DNA of 64,000 nucleotides from Gammaproteobacteria bacterium (GTDB lineage Bacteria > Pseudomonadota > Gammaproteobacteria > Burkholderiales > SG8-41), in the NCBI GenBank assembly GCA_041483135.1, contig JBGPFE010000009.1:54629-118628 (forward strand), written 5' to 3'. Positions 38,288-48,453 of this stretch are shown here, piece after piece. The notes under the pieces are model-generated. The model saw only the letters and a list, made by a program, of their open reading frames with translations, did no database searches and was not told the DNA's origin. Both the position numbers and the translations under genes were made by a program. Numbering within the stretch: the first letter of the stretch is position 1; each line of letters begins with the position of its first letter.

Positions 38288-38720
38288 TCAATTCGAGCCG
38301 CATGGTGCGATGGGGTATGCCCGCATCCATGAATTCGTCGCTAATGACTGCAAAACCGAACCGCGCGTAGAACTGCAACGCGCGCGTCTGCGCGTTCAGC
38401 ACCGCACTCTCGAATCCCTTTTCCCTCGCAGCCGCGATCAGCTCCGTCAGTATCGCGCTACCGACACCCTTGCCGCGCCAGTGCCCGAGGACAGCCATGC
38501 GACCGATGTGCCCATCGGGCAGCAGGCGCCCGGTGCCGATCGCTTCGCCTGCCGCTGTTTGCGCCAGCACGTGGATGCATTGCCCGTCGAGACCGTCCCA
38601 TTCGAGCTCTGCGGGAACGTTCTGCTCGTCGACGAAAACGGTCTTGCGCACCGCCCTCAATAAATCGCCGGCTTCGTTCCAGCCGACGCGATTGATCTTA
38701 AATTGAGAAGAGCGGTTCAT
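38268..38720 (-). CDS. GNAT-family N-acetyltransferase
   Basis: 150 aa. RMAVLGHWRGKGVGSAIL (R/Q-x-x-G-x-G/A acetyl-CoA motif) and YARFGF. Confidence 0.85.
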   Translation of the reverse strand: MNRSSQFKINRVGWNEAGDLLRAVRKTVFVDEQNVPAELEWDGLDGQCIHVLAQTAAGEAIGTGRLLPDGHIGRMAVLGHWRGKGVGSAILTELIAAAREKGFESAVLNAQTRALQFYARFGFAVISDEFMDAGIPHRTMRLELIKPKRG

Positions 38721-38780
38721 CGCCGTGAATTATAATGGCAGCCTCCTCATTGCGAACGATTGATTCAGGGATACGGATCG

Positions 38781-40754
38781 ATGCAAAGCCTGTGGAACGA
38801 CCGGGATGCTGCCGGGCACAAGAGCGATCTGGCGCAGCGCGTTTACACGTCACGCCTGCTTGGCCGGGACAAGACGCTCGTGCTGCACGGCGGCGGCAAT
38901 ACTTCGGTCAAGATCCGCGAGCGCAATCTGGTCGGCGACGAGGAGGTAATCCTCTACGTCAAAGGCAGCGGCTGGGACCTCGAATCCATCGAGGAAGCCG
39001 GTTTCTCGCCGGTGCGCATGGCGCATTTGCTCAAGCTCGCGCAACTCAAAACGCTGAGCGATCCGCAAATGGTCAACGAGCTCGCGACGCACATGACGCG
39101 CGCCTCGGCGCCGGCGCCGTCGGTAGAGACCATCCTGCACGCGCTGCTGCCGCATAAATTCGTCGATCACACGCATGCCGACGCCGTGCTGGCGGTCGCC
39201 AATACCGCGGACGGCGAAAAGCGCATCGCGGAGATCTACGGCGACCAAGTGGTCGTCATCCCCTACGTCATGCCCGGCTTCGACCTGGCGCGGCTGTGCG
39301 CCGAGATATATCCCAAACACGCTGGTAAAAACACCATCGGCATGGTGTTAATGAAGCACGGCATTTTCTCGTTCGGCGCGACCGCCAGGGAATCCTACGA
39401 GCGCATGATCCGGCTCGTCGATCTCGCCGAGCGCTATCTCGAACGGCATGGCGCGTGGCAACTCAAGCACGCTGCGGAGCGCGCCGGCAAATCAGCGGAT
39501 CGCGCCGAAATCGCCGGACTGCGGCGAAACGTATCACGCGTGGCCGGCAATCCCATGGTCATGGCGACGCATCAAGACGCGCGCACTTCATCCTTCGTGC
39601 AACGCGCCGACATAGCGACCGTATCGCAGCAAGGGCCGGCGACGCCCGATCACGCAATCCGCACCAAGCGCGTGCCGCTGCTCGGCCGCGAGATCGAGAA
39701 TTATGCGCAGTCGTACCGCGCCTATTTCGAGCAACATGCGCCGCTTTCGAAAGAGCCGAAAACCATGCTCGACCCGGCGCCGCGCATCGTGCTCGACCCT
39801 GCGCTTGGCATGTGCGCAATCGGACGCGCGACCAGGGACGCCGCCATCGTCGCCGATCTTTATTCCCACACCATGGATGTGATCGAGCGCGCAACACTGC
39901 TTGGCGGCTATCAGGCCCTGCCGGCGCGCGATATTTTCGAGGTCGAATACTGGGACCTCGAGCAGGCCAAGCTGCGCAAAGCCGGCAAACCGCCGCTCTT
40001 CACCGGCGAAGTCGCGCTCGTCACCGGCGCGGCATCAGGCATCGGCAAGGCGTGCGTCGATGCGCTGCTCGCGCGCGGCGCTGCGGTGGTCGGGCTCGAT
40101 ATCGACGGCCGCATCGAAACCCTGCACCGGCGCGAGGATTTTCTTGGCATCCGCTGCGATGTAACGTCACCACAGGCCGTCAACACCGCGCTCGACAAAG
40201 CGGTGCGAACTTATGGCGGTCTCGACGTCCTGATACTCAATGCCGGCATCTTTCCCGGCGGCACGGCGATTGCGGCGCTCGACAACGACGCCTGGCGCAA
40301 AGTGATGAGCGTCAATCTCGACGCCAATCTGATGCTGCTGCGCGAATGTCACCCGCTGCTCAAGCTCGCGCCGCGCGGCGGGCGCGTCGTCGTGATCGGC
40401 TCCAAGAATGTACCCGCGCCCGGGCCCGGTGCCGCGGCCTATTCAGCGTCCAAGGCAGCCCTCACCCAGGTCGCGCGCGTCGCGGCGCTCGAATGGGGGG
40501 CAGACAACATCCGCATCAACACGCTGCATCCGAACGCGGTATTCGATACCGGTATCTGGACCGCCGAAGTGCTGCAGGCCCGCGCCGCGCAATACGACTT
40601 GAGCGTCGAGCAATACAAGAAAAAAAATGTGCTCAAAACCGAGGTCACCAGCCGCGACGTGGCGGAACTTGCCACCGAAATGTGCGGCCCGCTGTTTGCC
40701 AAGACCACCGGCGCGCAAGTGCCGATCGACGGCGGCAACGAGCGCGTGATCTGA
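38781..40754 (+). CDS. Bifunctional class II aldolase/adducin-domain plus SDR protein (YuxG/RhaEW-like)
   Basis: Start trimmed to MQSLWNDRDAAG. N-terminal half LVLHGGGNTSVK...HTHADAVLAV. C-terminal half TGAASGIGKA...YSASKAA. Confidence 0.88.
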   Translation: MQSLWNDRDAAGHKSDLAQRVYTSRLLGRDKTLVLHGGGNTSVKIRERNLVGDEEVILYVKGSGWDLESIEEAGFSPVRMAHLLKLAQLKTLSDPQMVNELATHMTRASAPAPSVETILHALLPHKFVDHTHADAVLAVANTADGEKRIAEIYGDQVVVIPYVMPGFDLARLCAEIYPKHAGKNTIGMVLMKHGIFSFGATARESYERMIRLVDLAERYLERHGAWQLKHAAERAGKSADRAEIAGLRRNVSRVAGNPMVMATHQDARTSSFVQRADIATVSQQGPATPDHAIRTKRVPLLGREIENYAQSYRAYFEQHAPLSKEPKTMLDPAPRIVLDPALGMCAIGRATRDAAIVADLYSHTMDVIERATLLGGYQALPARDIFEVEYWDLEQAKLRKAGKPPLFTGEVALVTGAASGIGKACVDALLARGAAVVGLDIDGRIETLHRREDFLGIRCDVTSPQAVNTALDKAVRTYGGLDVLILNAGIFPGGTAIAALDNDAWRKVMSVNLDANLMLLRECHPLLKLAPRGGRVVVIGSKNVPAPGPGAAAYSASKAALTQVARVAALEWGADNIRINTLHPNAVFDTGIWTAEVLQARAAQYDLSVEQYKKKNVLKTEVTSRDVAELATEMCGPLFAKTTGAQVPIDGGNERVI

Positions 40755-41809
40755 TGCCGGCTTTGGCGAGCAAAGTCGAAACGCTGCGCTGGCGTGACGG
40801 CCGGTTCGAGATGATCGACCAGCGCGCGCTCCCCGCTGTCATCCGCTACCTCCAGTTTGAATCCGCCGCCGCAGTCGCCGGCGGCATCCGCAGCATGGTG
40901 GTGCGCGGCGCGCCGGCAATCGGCTGCGCCGCCGCTTATGGCGTAGCACTCGAAGCGCTGCGCTTACAGAACAAAAAGCCCGCCGACTTCGGTACCGGAC
41001 TCGAAGCCGGATTTGCTGCGCTGGCGGCAAGCCGCCCTACGGCAGTCAATCTGTTCTGGGCGCTCGCGCGAATGCGCAATGCCTGGCAAACGTTCGGCGG
41101 CAGCACGCCTGCGCAGATTGCACCGATGCTGCTCGCCGAAGCGCACGCGATCTATGCTGCAGACATTGAAGCCAATCACCGCATGGGCGAGCATGGCGCC
41201 AAGCTGATCAAAGACGGCGCCCGGGTGTTGACCCATTGCAATGCCGGAGCGCTTGCCACGGCCGGTTACGGCACTGCGCTCGGCGTGATCCGCTCGGCGG
41301 TCGCGGCCGGCAAGCAAGTGAATGTATTCGCGAACGAGACGCGCCCGTTTTTGCAGGGCGCGCGGCTCACGGCATGGGAACTCATGCAGGACGATATCCC
41401 GGTGACGCTGATCGCCGACAGTGCGGCCGGTTTTCTGATGAGCCGCGGCGAAATCGACGTCATCGTGGTCGGCGCCGACCGCATAGCCGCCAACGGCGAC
41501 GTCGCCAACAAGATCGGCACTTATTCCGTCGCCGTGCTCGCGCAGCGGCATCGCGTCCCGTTCTACGTCGCCGCGCCGCTGTCGACGATCGATGCGAACG
41601 TTGCGCGCGGCGCCGACATTCCGATCGAGGAACGCAGCGCCGACGAGATCCGAGGCTATGGGGAAACGCGCTGGGCGCCAGATCACGCTACGGCGCGCAA
41701 CCCGGTGTTCGATGTGACGCCGGCGGAACTCGTCACCGGCCTGATCACGGAAAAGGGAGTGGTGCCGGCGCCCGACGCCGGTAAAATCAGAAAACTGCTG
41801 GGAAAATAA
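40754..41809 (+). CDS. mtnA: S-methyl-5-thioribose-1-phosphate isomerase
   Basis: MPALASKVETLRWRDGRFEMIDQRALP...VRGAPAIGCAAAYG...GADRIAANGDVANKIGTY. The ATG overlaps the preceding TGA by 1 nt (TGATG). The long ORF 39455-41809 is an artefactual upstream extension. Confidence 0.92.
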   Translation: MPALASKVETLRWRDGRFEMIDQRALPAVIRYLQFESAAAVAGGIRSMVVRGAPAIGCAAAYGVALEALRLQNKKPADFGTGLEAGFAALAASRPTAVNLFWALARMRNAWQTFGGSTPAQIAPMLLAEAHAIYAADIEANHRMGEHGAKLIKDGARVLTHCNAGALATAGYGTALGVIRSAVAAGKQVNVFANETRPFLQGARLTAWELMQDDIPVTLIADSAAGFLMSRGEIDVIVVGADRIAANGDVANKIGTYSVAVLAQRHRVPFYVAAPLSTIDANVARGADIPIEERSADEIRGYGETRWAPDHATARNPVFDVTPAELVTGLITEKGVVPAPDAGKIRKLLGK

Positions 41810-41842
41810 CCGGGCTAGTCTTAAAAACCCGGAAAACCTGTT

Positions 41843-41939
41843 AACCGCGGATTAACGCCGATAAAAATCCGCACCCATCAAAACAACCACCGGTATGGCT
41901 TTTGATTGTATCCGCGTTCATCTGCGTTCATCGGCGGTT
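41843..41939. repeat. Long imperfect palindrome with about 10-nt internal repeats between convergent genes
   Basis: AACCGCGGATTAACGCCGAT... pairs with ...GCGTTCATCT GCGTTCATCG GCGGTT. GCGTTCATC is repeated at 41914 and 41924. Confidence 0.6.
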
Positions 41940-41959
41940 GCGTTTTATTGAAATAGTCT

Positions 41960-42700
41960 CTAGATCGTGAGGCCGCCGCTGACTTCGATCACGGCGCCAT
42001 TGATATAGCTCGCCTCATCCGAAGCGAGCCACGCAAACGTGTTGGCGATTTCCTCCGGTTTGCCGAGACGGCCCATAGGCACTTTTTCTTCGAGCGCGCG
42101 CAGCACCTTTTGCGGGATCGTACCGAGGATGGTGGTGGCGATGTATCCGGGACACACGGCATTCGCCCGAATGCCCTTGCGGCCGAGCTCGCGCGCCCAG
42201 GTCTTGACCATGCCGATCACGCCGGCCTTGGTCGCGGCGTAATTGGTCTGGCCGAAATTGCCGTGGAGGCCGACAATTGAAGACGCATTGAGGATCACGC
42301 CTGATTGTTGCGCCAGCATGGTGTTGACCACGGCCTTGGTGCAGTTGAAGACGCCTTTCAGGTTGATCTCGATCACGCGGTCAAACTGGGCCTCGCTCAT
42401 GTTCTTCAACTGGGCGTCCTGCACGATGCCGGCATTGTTGACGAGACAATCGACGCGGCCCCATTTCGCGACGGTCGCCGCCACCATTCCCTCGAGCGAT
42501 TTGATGTCGCTCACGTCGGCCACATAACCCATGGCGTCGCCGCGGGTTTCCTTGCACATGATGACGGTTTCTTCGACACTTTCCGGGGTGAGGTCACAGA
42601 CAACTACCTTGGCGCCTTCGGTGGCAAATTTGACGGCAGTGGCCTGCCCGATGCCCCGGCCGGCGCCGGTGATAATCGCTACCTTGTCCTGAAGCCTCAT
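41960..42700 (-). CDS. FabG-like 3-oxoacyl-ACP reductase / SDR
   Basis: 246 aa. TGAGRGIG, NNAG, YAATKAG motifs. Confidence 0.85.
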   Translation of the reverse strand: MRLQDKVAIITGAGRGIGQATAVKFATEGAKVVVCDLTPESVEETVIMCKETRGDAMGYVADVSDIKSLEGMVAATVAKWGRVDCLVNNAGIVQDAQLKNMSEAQFDRVIEINLKGVFNCTKAVVNTMLAQQSGVILNASSIVGLHGNFGQTNYAATKAGVIGMVKTWARELGRKGIRANAVCPGYIATTILGTIPQKVLRALEEKVPMGRLGKPEEIANTFAWLASDEASYINGAVIEVSGGLTI

Positions 42701-42893
42701 TGGACCGCCTTTCCTGGAAATATTGAGCGTTTAGCGCCGTCGTTGCGGCGCACAATCCCGGCGATTTTAGTGCACCGCACAATGATTCTGCAACATTTTC
42801 GTAATGTGGCATATTGAGGCACTTGGTGAATTGCCGGGGATTGCAGCGTAGTGCCTCCGGGGATGCCCGAAGATAAGCATGGGCGCGTTGGGT

Positions 42894-43375
42894 TTAGTCG
42901 GTGATGAAGACTTCGTCGCCAGCCTCAACGCGCGCAAAAAAATCCAGCAAGTCCTTGTTATGCATACGAATGCATCCTATCGAGCCGGGTTTACCCATTA
43001 CCACGCTGTCAGGACTGCCGTGAATGTAGATAAAACGCCGCATGGTATCGACATCCCCCAGCCGGTTGAAACCGACCTCGCATCCGGATAGCCACAAAAT
43101 GCGCGTCAGGATCCAGTCGCGGCCAGGAAATTTTTCAGCCAATTCAGGCGTGTAGGTCTCACCGGTCGGGCGCCGCTCGACAAATACCGCGTTCATCGGC
43201 GCGCCCGCACCGATTTTGGCTCGAATGATGTGCTTACCGCGCGGGGTGCAGAAGCTGCCGTTGCGCTCGCCCGCTCCATGCCTGGAAGTTGAAACCGGAT
43301 AACGTTTGATTAGCCTACCGTTATTTCAAAACAGTTCAGCGTATTGCGTATATAAACTAATGTCGATTCTAGACA

Positions 43376-43376
<1 letters not shown>
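42894..43376 (-). pseudogene. L,D-transpeptidase (YkuD-domain) gene interrupted by an in-frame TGA at codon 17
   Basis: MSRIDISLYTQYAELF-TGA(43326-43328)-NNGRLIKRYPVSTSRHGAGERNGSFCTPRGKHIIRAKIG...HGSPDSVVMGKPGSIGCIRM. All in the same frame throughout. The ATG overlaps the tadA stop. Confidence 0.75.
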
Positions 43377-43940
<564 letters not shown>

Positions 43941-44334
43941 CGCAGCGCTATTCCCATTCAATTGTTTCTGAGGTCTGAAGACCCGCATGAATGCTAGCGT
44001 TCTTGAAGTTGAGCATCGACATTTACCATCGCTTTTACCGTAAAAGAACCACAGCTTTTACAGGCGCGGGAGATGGACTCAATTTGCGGGGCGGATACTC
44101 CTCGGCATCAATCGTCAACTAGGATCGTGCGCTGTCGGCATATTCTACCCTTCTGGAGTCCTCCTCCGCGGGGGCTCAATAGGTAGTTCCGCGGCAGTAA
44201 TCGGCTGGACGTTGCGTTCGGCTCGCAAGCGCAAATCCTGAGGCCATGCCGATTTACACATTTCATACCTAGGCGGATCGACCGTGGTTTGAAGAAGGGG
44301 TCGGCCCTGTGCCAAAAACTCGAATTTGGTGCCC

Positions 44335-45342
44335 TCAAATTTGGCCACTATTGTTTTTCCGCGGGCTTCCACGGCGAACGGCAGGCTTTCTTGATTTGCG
44401 CGCGATGGAGGGTTCACTGGGAGCCGCCATCCGCAATGACCACTCATCCCAGTACGCATTCTCGCCGAAGCGTTCAACGAGGAAATCCAGAAACGATCGA
44501 ACTTTCGCCGGCATGAATTTACGACTTGCGTATACCGCGAAGATTCCCAATTCGCCAGCATCGTAATCGGCCAGTACATGAACTAGGCGACCCGCTTTAA
44601 GGTCAGCGCCAACCAGAAAAGTAGGCAAAAGAACAATTCCGTGGCCATCCAACGCCAACTGCTGCAACAGGTCTCCGTTATTGACTTGCACGCAGCCCTC
44701 AACCTGAACGGTCTCCTCTTGACCTCCGTGCTTGAATACCCAGATCTTTGGTCGAGGATTGTAGAAGTAAGTAAGGCAATTTTGCTCGCGAAGTTGTTGT
44801 GGGGTTTTCGGCGCACCGCGCTGCTTCAGATAGGCAGGTGAAGCGCAAACCACCAGGCGGGTGGTAGCGAGCTTGCGCGCAATTAGCGTGCTTTGGTCGA
44901 GCGTGCCGATTCGGATGGCAAGATCAAAGCCCTCCTTGCCGATGTCAATAAAGCGGTCGCTCAGTTCCAGTTCTATGCTGACTTCGGGGTAACGCCCCAA
45001 AAATTCGCTGATTGCGTGCGAAAGGTGGCGCAATCCGAACGACAGTGCCGACGTGATCCGGATCTTTCCGCGAGGCACGACGGTCGACTGACCCGCTTCA
45101 AGCATTGCCTCATCCAATTCGCCGAGAGCCCGCTGGGCGCGCTCGTAAAACGCGCTGCCCAGTTCGGTCAAAGCGACCCGCCGTGTAGTTCGGTCCAAAA
45201 GCCGGGTGCCGATGCGCTCTTCCAAATACTTTATGTGCTTGCTGACAACGGCGCGCGACAGTTCAAGGCGATCAGCGGCCGCAGCAAAGCTGCCGTCGCC
45301 CGCTACGGCGATAAAAACCTTGAAACTCAGCAATGTATCCAT
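44335..45342 (-). CDS. LysR-family transcriptional regulator (unusually long C-terminal tail)
   Basis: N-terminal wHTH FIAVAGDGSFAAAADRLELSRAVVSKHIKYLEERIG. 335 aa. The last about 35 aa are a low-complexity, basic extension. Confidence 0.88.
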   Translation of the reverse strand: MDTLLSFKVFIAVAGDGSFAAAADRLELSRAVVSKHIKYLEERIGTRLLDRTTRRVALTELGSAFYERAQRALGELDEAMLEAGQSTVVPRGKIRITSALSFGLRHLSHAISEFLGRYPEVSIELELSDRFIDIGKEGFDLAIRIGTLDQSTLIARKLATTRLVVCASPAYLKQRGAPKTPQQLREQNCLTYFYNPRPKIWVFKHGGQEETVQVEGCVQVNNGDLLQQLALDGHGIVLLPTFLVGADLKAGRLVHVLADYDAGELGIFAVYASRKFMPAKVRSFLDFLVERFGENAYWDEWSLRMAAPSEPSIARKSRKPAVRRGSPRKNNSGQI

Positions 45343-45381
45343 TTTGGGGCGCGGTTTATTATATATGAATCGTGTTCAATA

Positions 45382-45413
45382 TATCAACGATTAGCATCTT
45401 TATCAACGCATTA
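45382..45413. promoter_or_regulatory. Direct repeats in LysR/pirin divergent region (candidate LysR site)
   Basis: TATCAACGATTA (45382-45393) and TATCAACGCATTA (45401-45413). Confidence 0.3.
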
Positions 45414-45495
45414 TGAACCCGTAGCATGTCGTCTCATCAGATCGATCAATTTGCTAATTGAAACCTCAAGAGATGCGGCAAGGAGAGAGACGGAC

Positions 45496-46194
45496 ATGTT
45501 TGAGATTCGCAAGAGCAATGAACGGGGTCATGCCGATTACGGCTGGCTGAATAGCTACCACTCGTTTTCATTCGCCGACTACTACGACTTGGACCACATG
45601 AATTTCGGGGCTTTGCGCGTGATTAACGAAGACCGTGTCCAGCCCGGGACGGGTTTCGGCACGCACGGCCACCGCGACATGGAGATCGTGAGCTACGTGC
45701 TGGACGGCGCCCTCGAACACAGGGACAGCATGGGAACGGGTTCGATTATCCGTCCAGGCGATGTGCAGCGCATGAGCGCCGGGCGGGGCGTCCTGCACAG
45801 TGAGTACAACCCCTCGGCAAGCGAAGAGACACACTTCCTGCAAATCTGGATCACACCCAAGTTCACGGGAACCCGTCCGAGTTACGAGCAGAAGCATTTC
45901 TCCGCCGACGAAAAACGCGGACGGCTCGCATTGGTCGCGTCAAGCGATGGCCGCGATGGATCGGTCACGATCAACCAGGATGTCGCGATCTACGCCGGAC
46001 TGTTCGATGAGGCGGAGCGCGCCGTTCACAAGATCGAACCGGGCCGTCGTGTCTATGTGCACGTCGTGCGCGGCAAGGTGACGGTCAACGCTAACCCGTT
46101 GGGCGCTGGGGATGCGCTCAAAGCAGTCGACCCCCACCAAGTTGCAATTGAAGACGGCAAGAACGCCGAGATACTGCTGTTCGATCTCGCGTAA
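45496..46194 (+). CDS. Pirin-family protein
   Basis: Start trimmed to MFEIRKSNERGHADYGWL... after AGGAGAGAG. HGHRDMEIVSYVLDGALEH cupin metal motif. Confidence 0.9.
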   Translation: MFEIRKSNERGHADYGWLNSYHSFSFADYYDLDHMNFGALRVINEDRVQPGTGFGTHGHRDMEIVSYVLDGALEHRDSMGTGSIIRPGDVQRMSAGRGVLHSEYNPSASEETHFLQIWITPKFTGTRPSYEQKHFSADEKRGRLALVASSDGRDGSVTINQDVAIYAGLFDEAERAVHKIEPGRRVYVHVVRGKVTVNANPLGAGDALKAVDPHQVAIEDGKNAEILLFDLA

Positions 46195-46227
46195 TTTTAA
46201 TCGTTACATCAACCCAAGGAGATATCC

Positions 46228-46869
46228 ATGAAAACAGACCTGCTCACCCCGCAAAATTCAGCGGTTATATTCATCGACCACCAGCCGCAAATGGCCTTTG
46301 GCGTGACATCGATTGATCGCCAAGTGCTGAAGAATAACGTCGTGGCGTTGGCCAAGACCGCCAAGACGTTTGGCCTGCCGACGATACTCACTTCGGTTGA
46401 AACCGAGAGCTTCAGCGGCTACATCTGGCCGGAATTGCTGGCGGTATTTCCGAATCTGAAACCGATCGAGCGCAGCAGCATGAACTCGTGGGAAGACGCG
46501 AAGTTTGTCGAGGCCGTGAAGAAGACGGGCAGGAAGAAGCTCGTGATCGCGGCACTCTGGACCGAAGTGTGCCTGCTGTTTCCGGCGCTTCACGCGCTCG
46601 CGGAAGGCTACGAGGTTTACGCCGTAGTTGATGCGTCAGGAGGAACTTCTCCGGTCGCGCACGATGCCGCTGTGCAGCGGATGATCCAGGCCGGCGTGAT
46701 CCCCGTGACCTGGCAGCAGGTCATGCTCGAATATCAACGCGACTGGGCGCGCAAGGAAACCTATGACGCCGTGATCAACATCGTTAAGCAACACAGCGGT
46801 GCTTACGGCATGGGCGTCGAATATGCCTATACGATGGTCCACAAGCAGCCCGCGACGAAAGTCGCCTGA
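46228..46869 (+). CDS. Isochorismatase-family hydrolase (YcaC-like)
   Basis: 213 aa. VIFIDHQPQM...LVIAALWTEVCL (catalytic Cys context). Confidence 0.85.
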   Translation: MKTDLLTPQNSAVIFIDHQPQMAFGVTSIDRQVLKNNVVALAKTAKTFGLPTILTSVETESFSGYIWPELLAVFPNLKPIERSSMNSWEDAKFVEAVKKTGRKKLVIAALWTEVCLLFPALHALAEGYEVYAVVDASGGTSPVAHDAAVQRMIQAGVIPVTWQQVMLEYQRDWARKETYDAVINIVKQHSGAYGMGVEYAYTMVHKQPATKVA

Positions 46870-46931
46870 GTGGATTGGAAAACCAAGTCGGGCAGGTTCC
46901 CTGCCCGACGAATGAACTCGATGGATGAGGC

Positions 46932-47894
46932 GTGATGGGCTATCTCCTTAATGGTGTGTGGAACGACGGCTGGTACGACACCGCGGGCACTGCGGGCGAA
47001 TTTGTCCGGCCAGACGCGAAGTTCCGCAGCCGCGTTACAGCCGACGGCTCAAGCGGCTATCCGGAAGAAGCGGGACGATACCATTTGTACGTGTCGCTGG
47101 CCTGCCCGTGGGCTCACCGCACGCTTATCTTTCGAAAACTCAAAAATCTTGAGGCCGCGATCTCGGTATCAATAGTAGAACCCGTGATGTCATCCGAGGG
47201 CTGGTCATTCAGTGCGCCGCTGCCCGATCACATCAATGGGTTCTCGTATCTGCACCAACTCTATACCAAGACAGAGCCGCGTCATTCGGGACGCGTGACT
47301 GTTCCAGTACTGTGGGACAAAGAACGCAATCTGATCGTTAACAACGAATCGGCCGAAATTATCCGCATGCTCAACAGTGAGTTCGCGGCGTATAACCCCC
47401 TCGGATACGACTACTACCCCGTCCGATTGCGTGGTGAGATCTACGATGTCAACGCTTTTATTTACAACAACATCAACAACGGCGTTTACCGCTGCGGTTT
47501 TGCCGGCACGCAAGCGGCCTACGAATCCGCGGCGAGGCGGCTTTTTCACGCGCTCGATACGCTAGAGGAACGGCTTTCGCGCACGCGCTATCTCATCGGC
47601 AACACGCTGACAGAAGCGGATTGGCGACTATTTACGACGCTCATCCGCTTCGACGCGGTCTATCACGGGCACTTCAAGTGCAACCTGCGGCGTATCGAAG
47701 ACTATCCCAATCTTTCCGCATACCTGCGCGATCTATACCAAATGCCGGGGATCGCGGAAACGGTGGATCTCGATCACATCAAGCGGCATTACTACATGAG
47801 CCATGAGCACATCAATCCGACCCGCATCGTGCCGCTGGGACCGGAACTGGATTTTCGGCGCCCGCATGATCGCGAGCGCTTCGCATGCAACTGA
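46932..47894 (+). CDS. Glutathionyl-hydroquinone reductase (Xi-class GST, YqjG/ECM4-like)
   Basis: RYHLYVSLACPWAHRTLIFRKL (CPWA motif). 320 aa. Confidence 0.88.
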   Translation: MMGYLLNGVWNDGWYDTAGTAGEFVRPDAKFRSRVTADGSSGYPEEAGRYHLYVSLACPWAHRTLIFRKLKNLEAAISVSIVEPVMSSEGWSFSAPLPDHINGFSYLHQLYTKTEPRHSGRVTVPVLWDKERNLIVNNESAEIIRMLNSEFAAYNPLGYDYYPVRLRGEIYDVNAFIYNNINNGVYRCGFAGTQAAYESAARRLFHALDTLEERLSRTRYLIGNTLTEADWRLFTTLIRFDAVYHGHFKCNLRRIEDYPNLSAYLRDLYQMPGIAETVDLDHIKRHYYMSHEHINPTRIVPLGPELDFRRPHDRERFACN

Positions 47895-47941
47895 GGTTTT
47901 GGCGATGGCGCAACTTTTCATTCACAAGGAGAGACAGAATC

Positions 47942-48394
47942 ATGCAAACCCGTAATACGACTCAAGGCGTCAACGCCGGTGCAGCCGGGATTCAACCCGA
48001 GCACATCGCCGACTGGACCGCTTTACTCGGCCGCATAGCGCTCGCGCTGCTCTTTCTGTGGTCCGGCTATGGCAAACTCGCCGACATTCCGAATACCGTG
48101 GGCTATATGAATGCGTACCACATGCCCATGGCCAATGTGCTGGTGTGGCCTGCGGCATTGCTCGAGCTTGTCGGCGCCGCCATGTTGCTCGCGGGGTGGA
48201 AGGCTCGGTGGGCGGCGCTGGCATTGGCCGCTTACAGCATCGTCTCCGCTGCGATCTTTCACAACTTCTGGGCCGCACCGCCCGACCAGGCGTTGAATCA
48301 GACCATACATTTCATGAAGAACGTTGCCATCGTGGGAGGCTTTCTCCAGGTATTCGCGTTTGGCGCCGGGCGCTATGCGGTCGACCGCCGATAG
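47942..48394 (+). CDS. DoxX-family membrane protein
   Basis: Start trimmed to MQTRNTT after AAGGAGA. LLGRIALALLFLWSGYGKL and four TM helices. Confidence 0.85.
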   Translation: MQTRNTTQGVNAGAAGIQPEHIADWTALLGRIALALLFLWSGYGKLADIPNTVGYMNAYHMPMANVLVWPAALLELVGAAMLLAGWKARWAALALAAYSIVSAAIFHNFWAAPPDQALNQTIHFMKNVAIVGGFLQVFAFGAGRYAVDRR

Positions 48395-48453
48395 TGTCTA
48401 AACAGCGTATAGCGCTATCGAGTTCGTGGCGCGAAATTGGTTTGGAGGCTCGT

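Noticed and set aside
39455-40753. 784-aa ORF fusing an upstream frame to MtnA
   Set aside because: The upstream about 430 codons are an alternative frame of the aldolase/SDR gene with Arg-rich nonsense composition. The MtnA homology starts at MPALASKVETLRW (40754).
43326-43328. Selenocysteine-encoding TGA in the L,D-transpeptidase gene
   Set aside because: The position is in a non-catalytic N-terminal strand. I see no obvious SECIS-like hairpin immediately downstream, and no selenoprotein is known for this family. A nonsense mutation or sequencing error is more parsimonious.
44145-44579. 144-aa minus-strand ORF as a real gene
   Set aside because: It overlaps the 3' part of the LysR gene in another frame and has no recognisable motif or RBS. 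It is kept only as part of the scar-region observation.
46887-46909. 10-bp GC-rich hairpin (GTCGGGCAGG-TTC-CCTGCCCGAC) as a terminator between the isochorismatase and GST genes
   Set aside because: No U-tract follows it on the coding strand, and the downstream gene is co-oriented only 23 nt away. It is more likely an intra-operon stabilising hairpin and is not called as a terminator.
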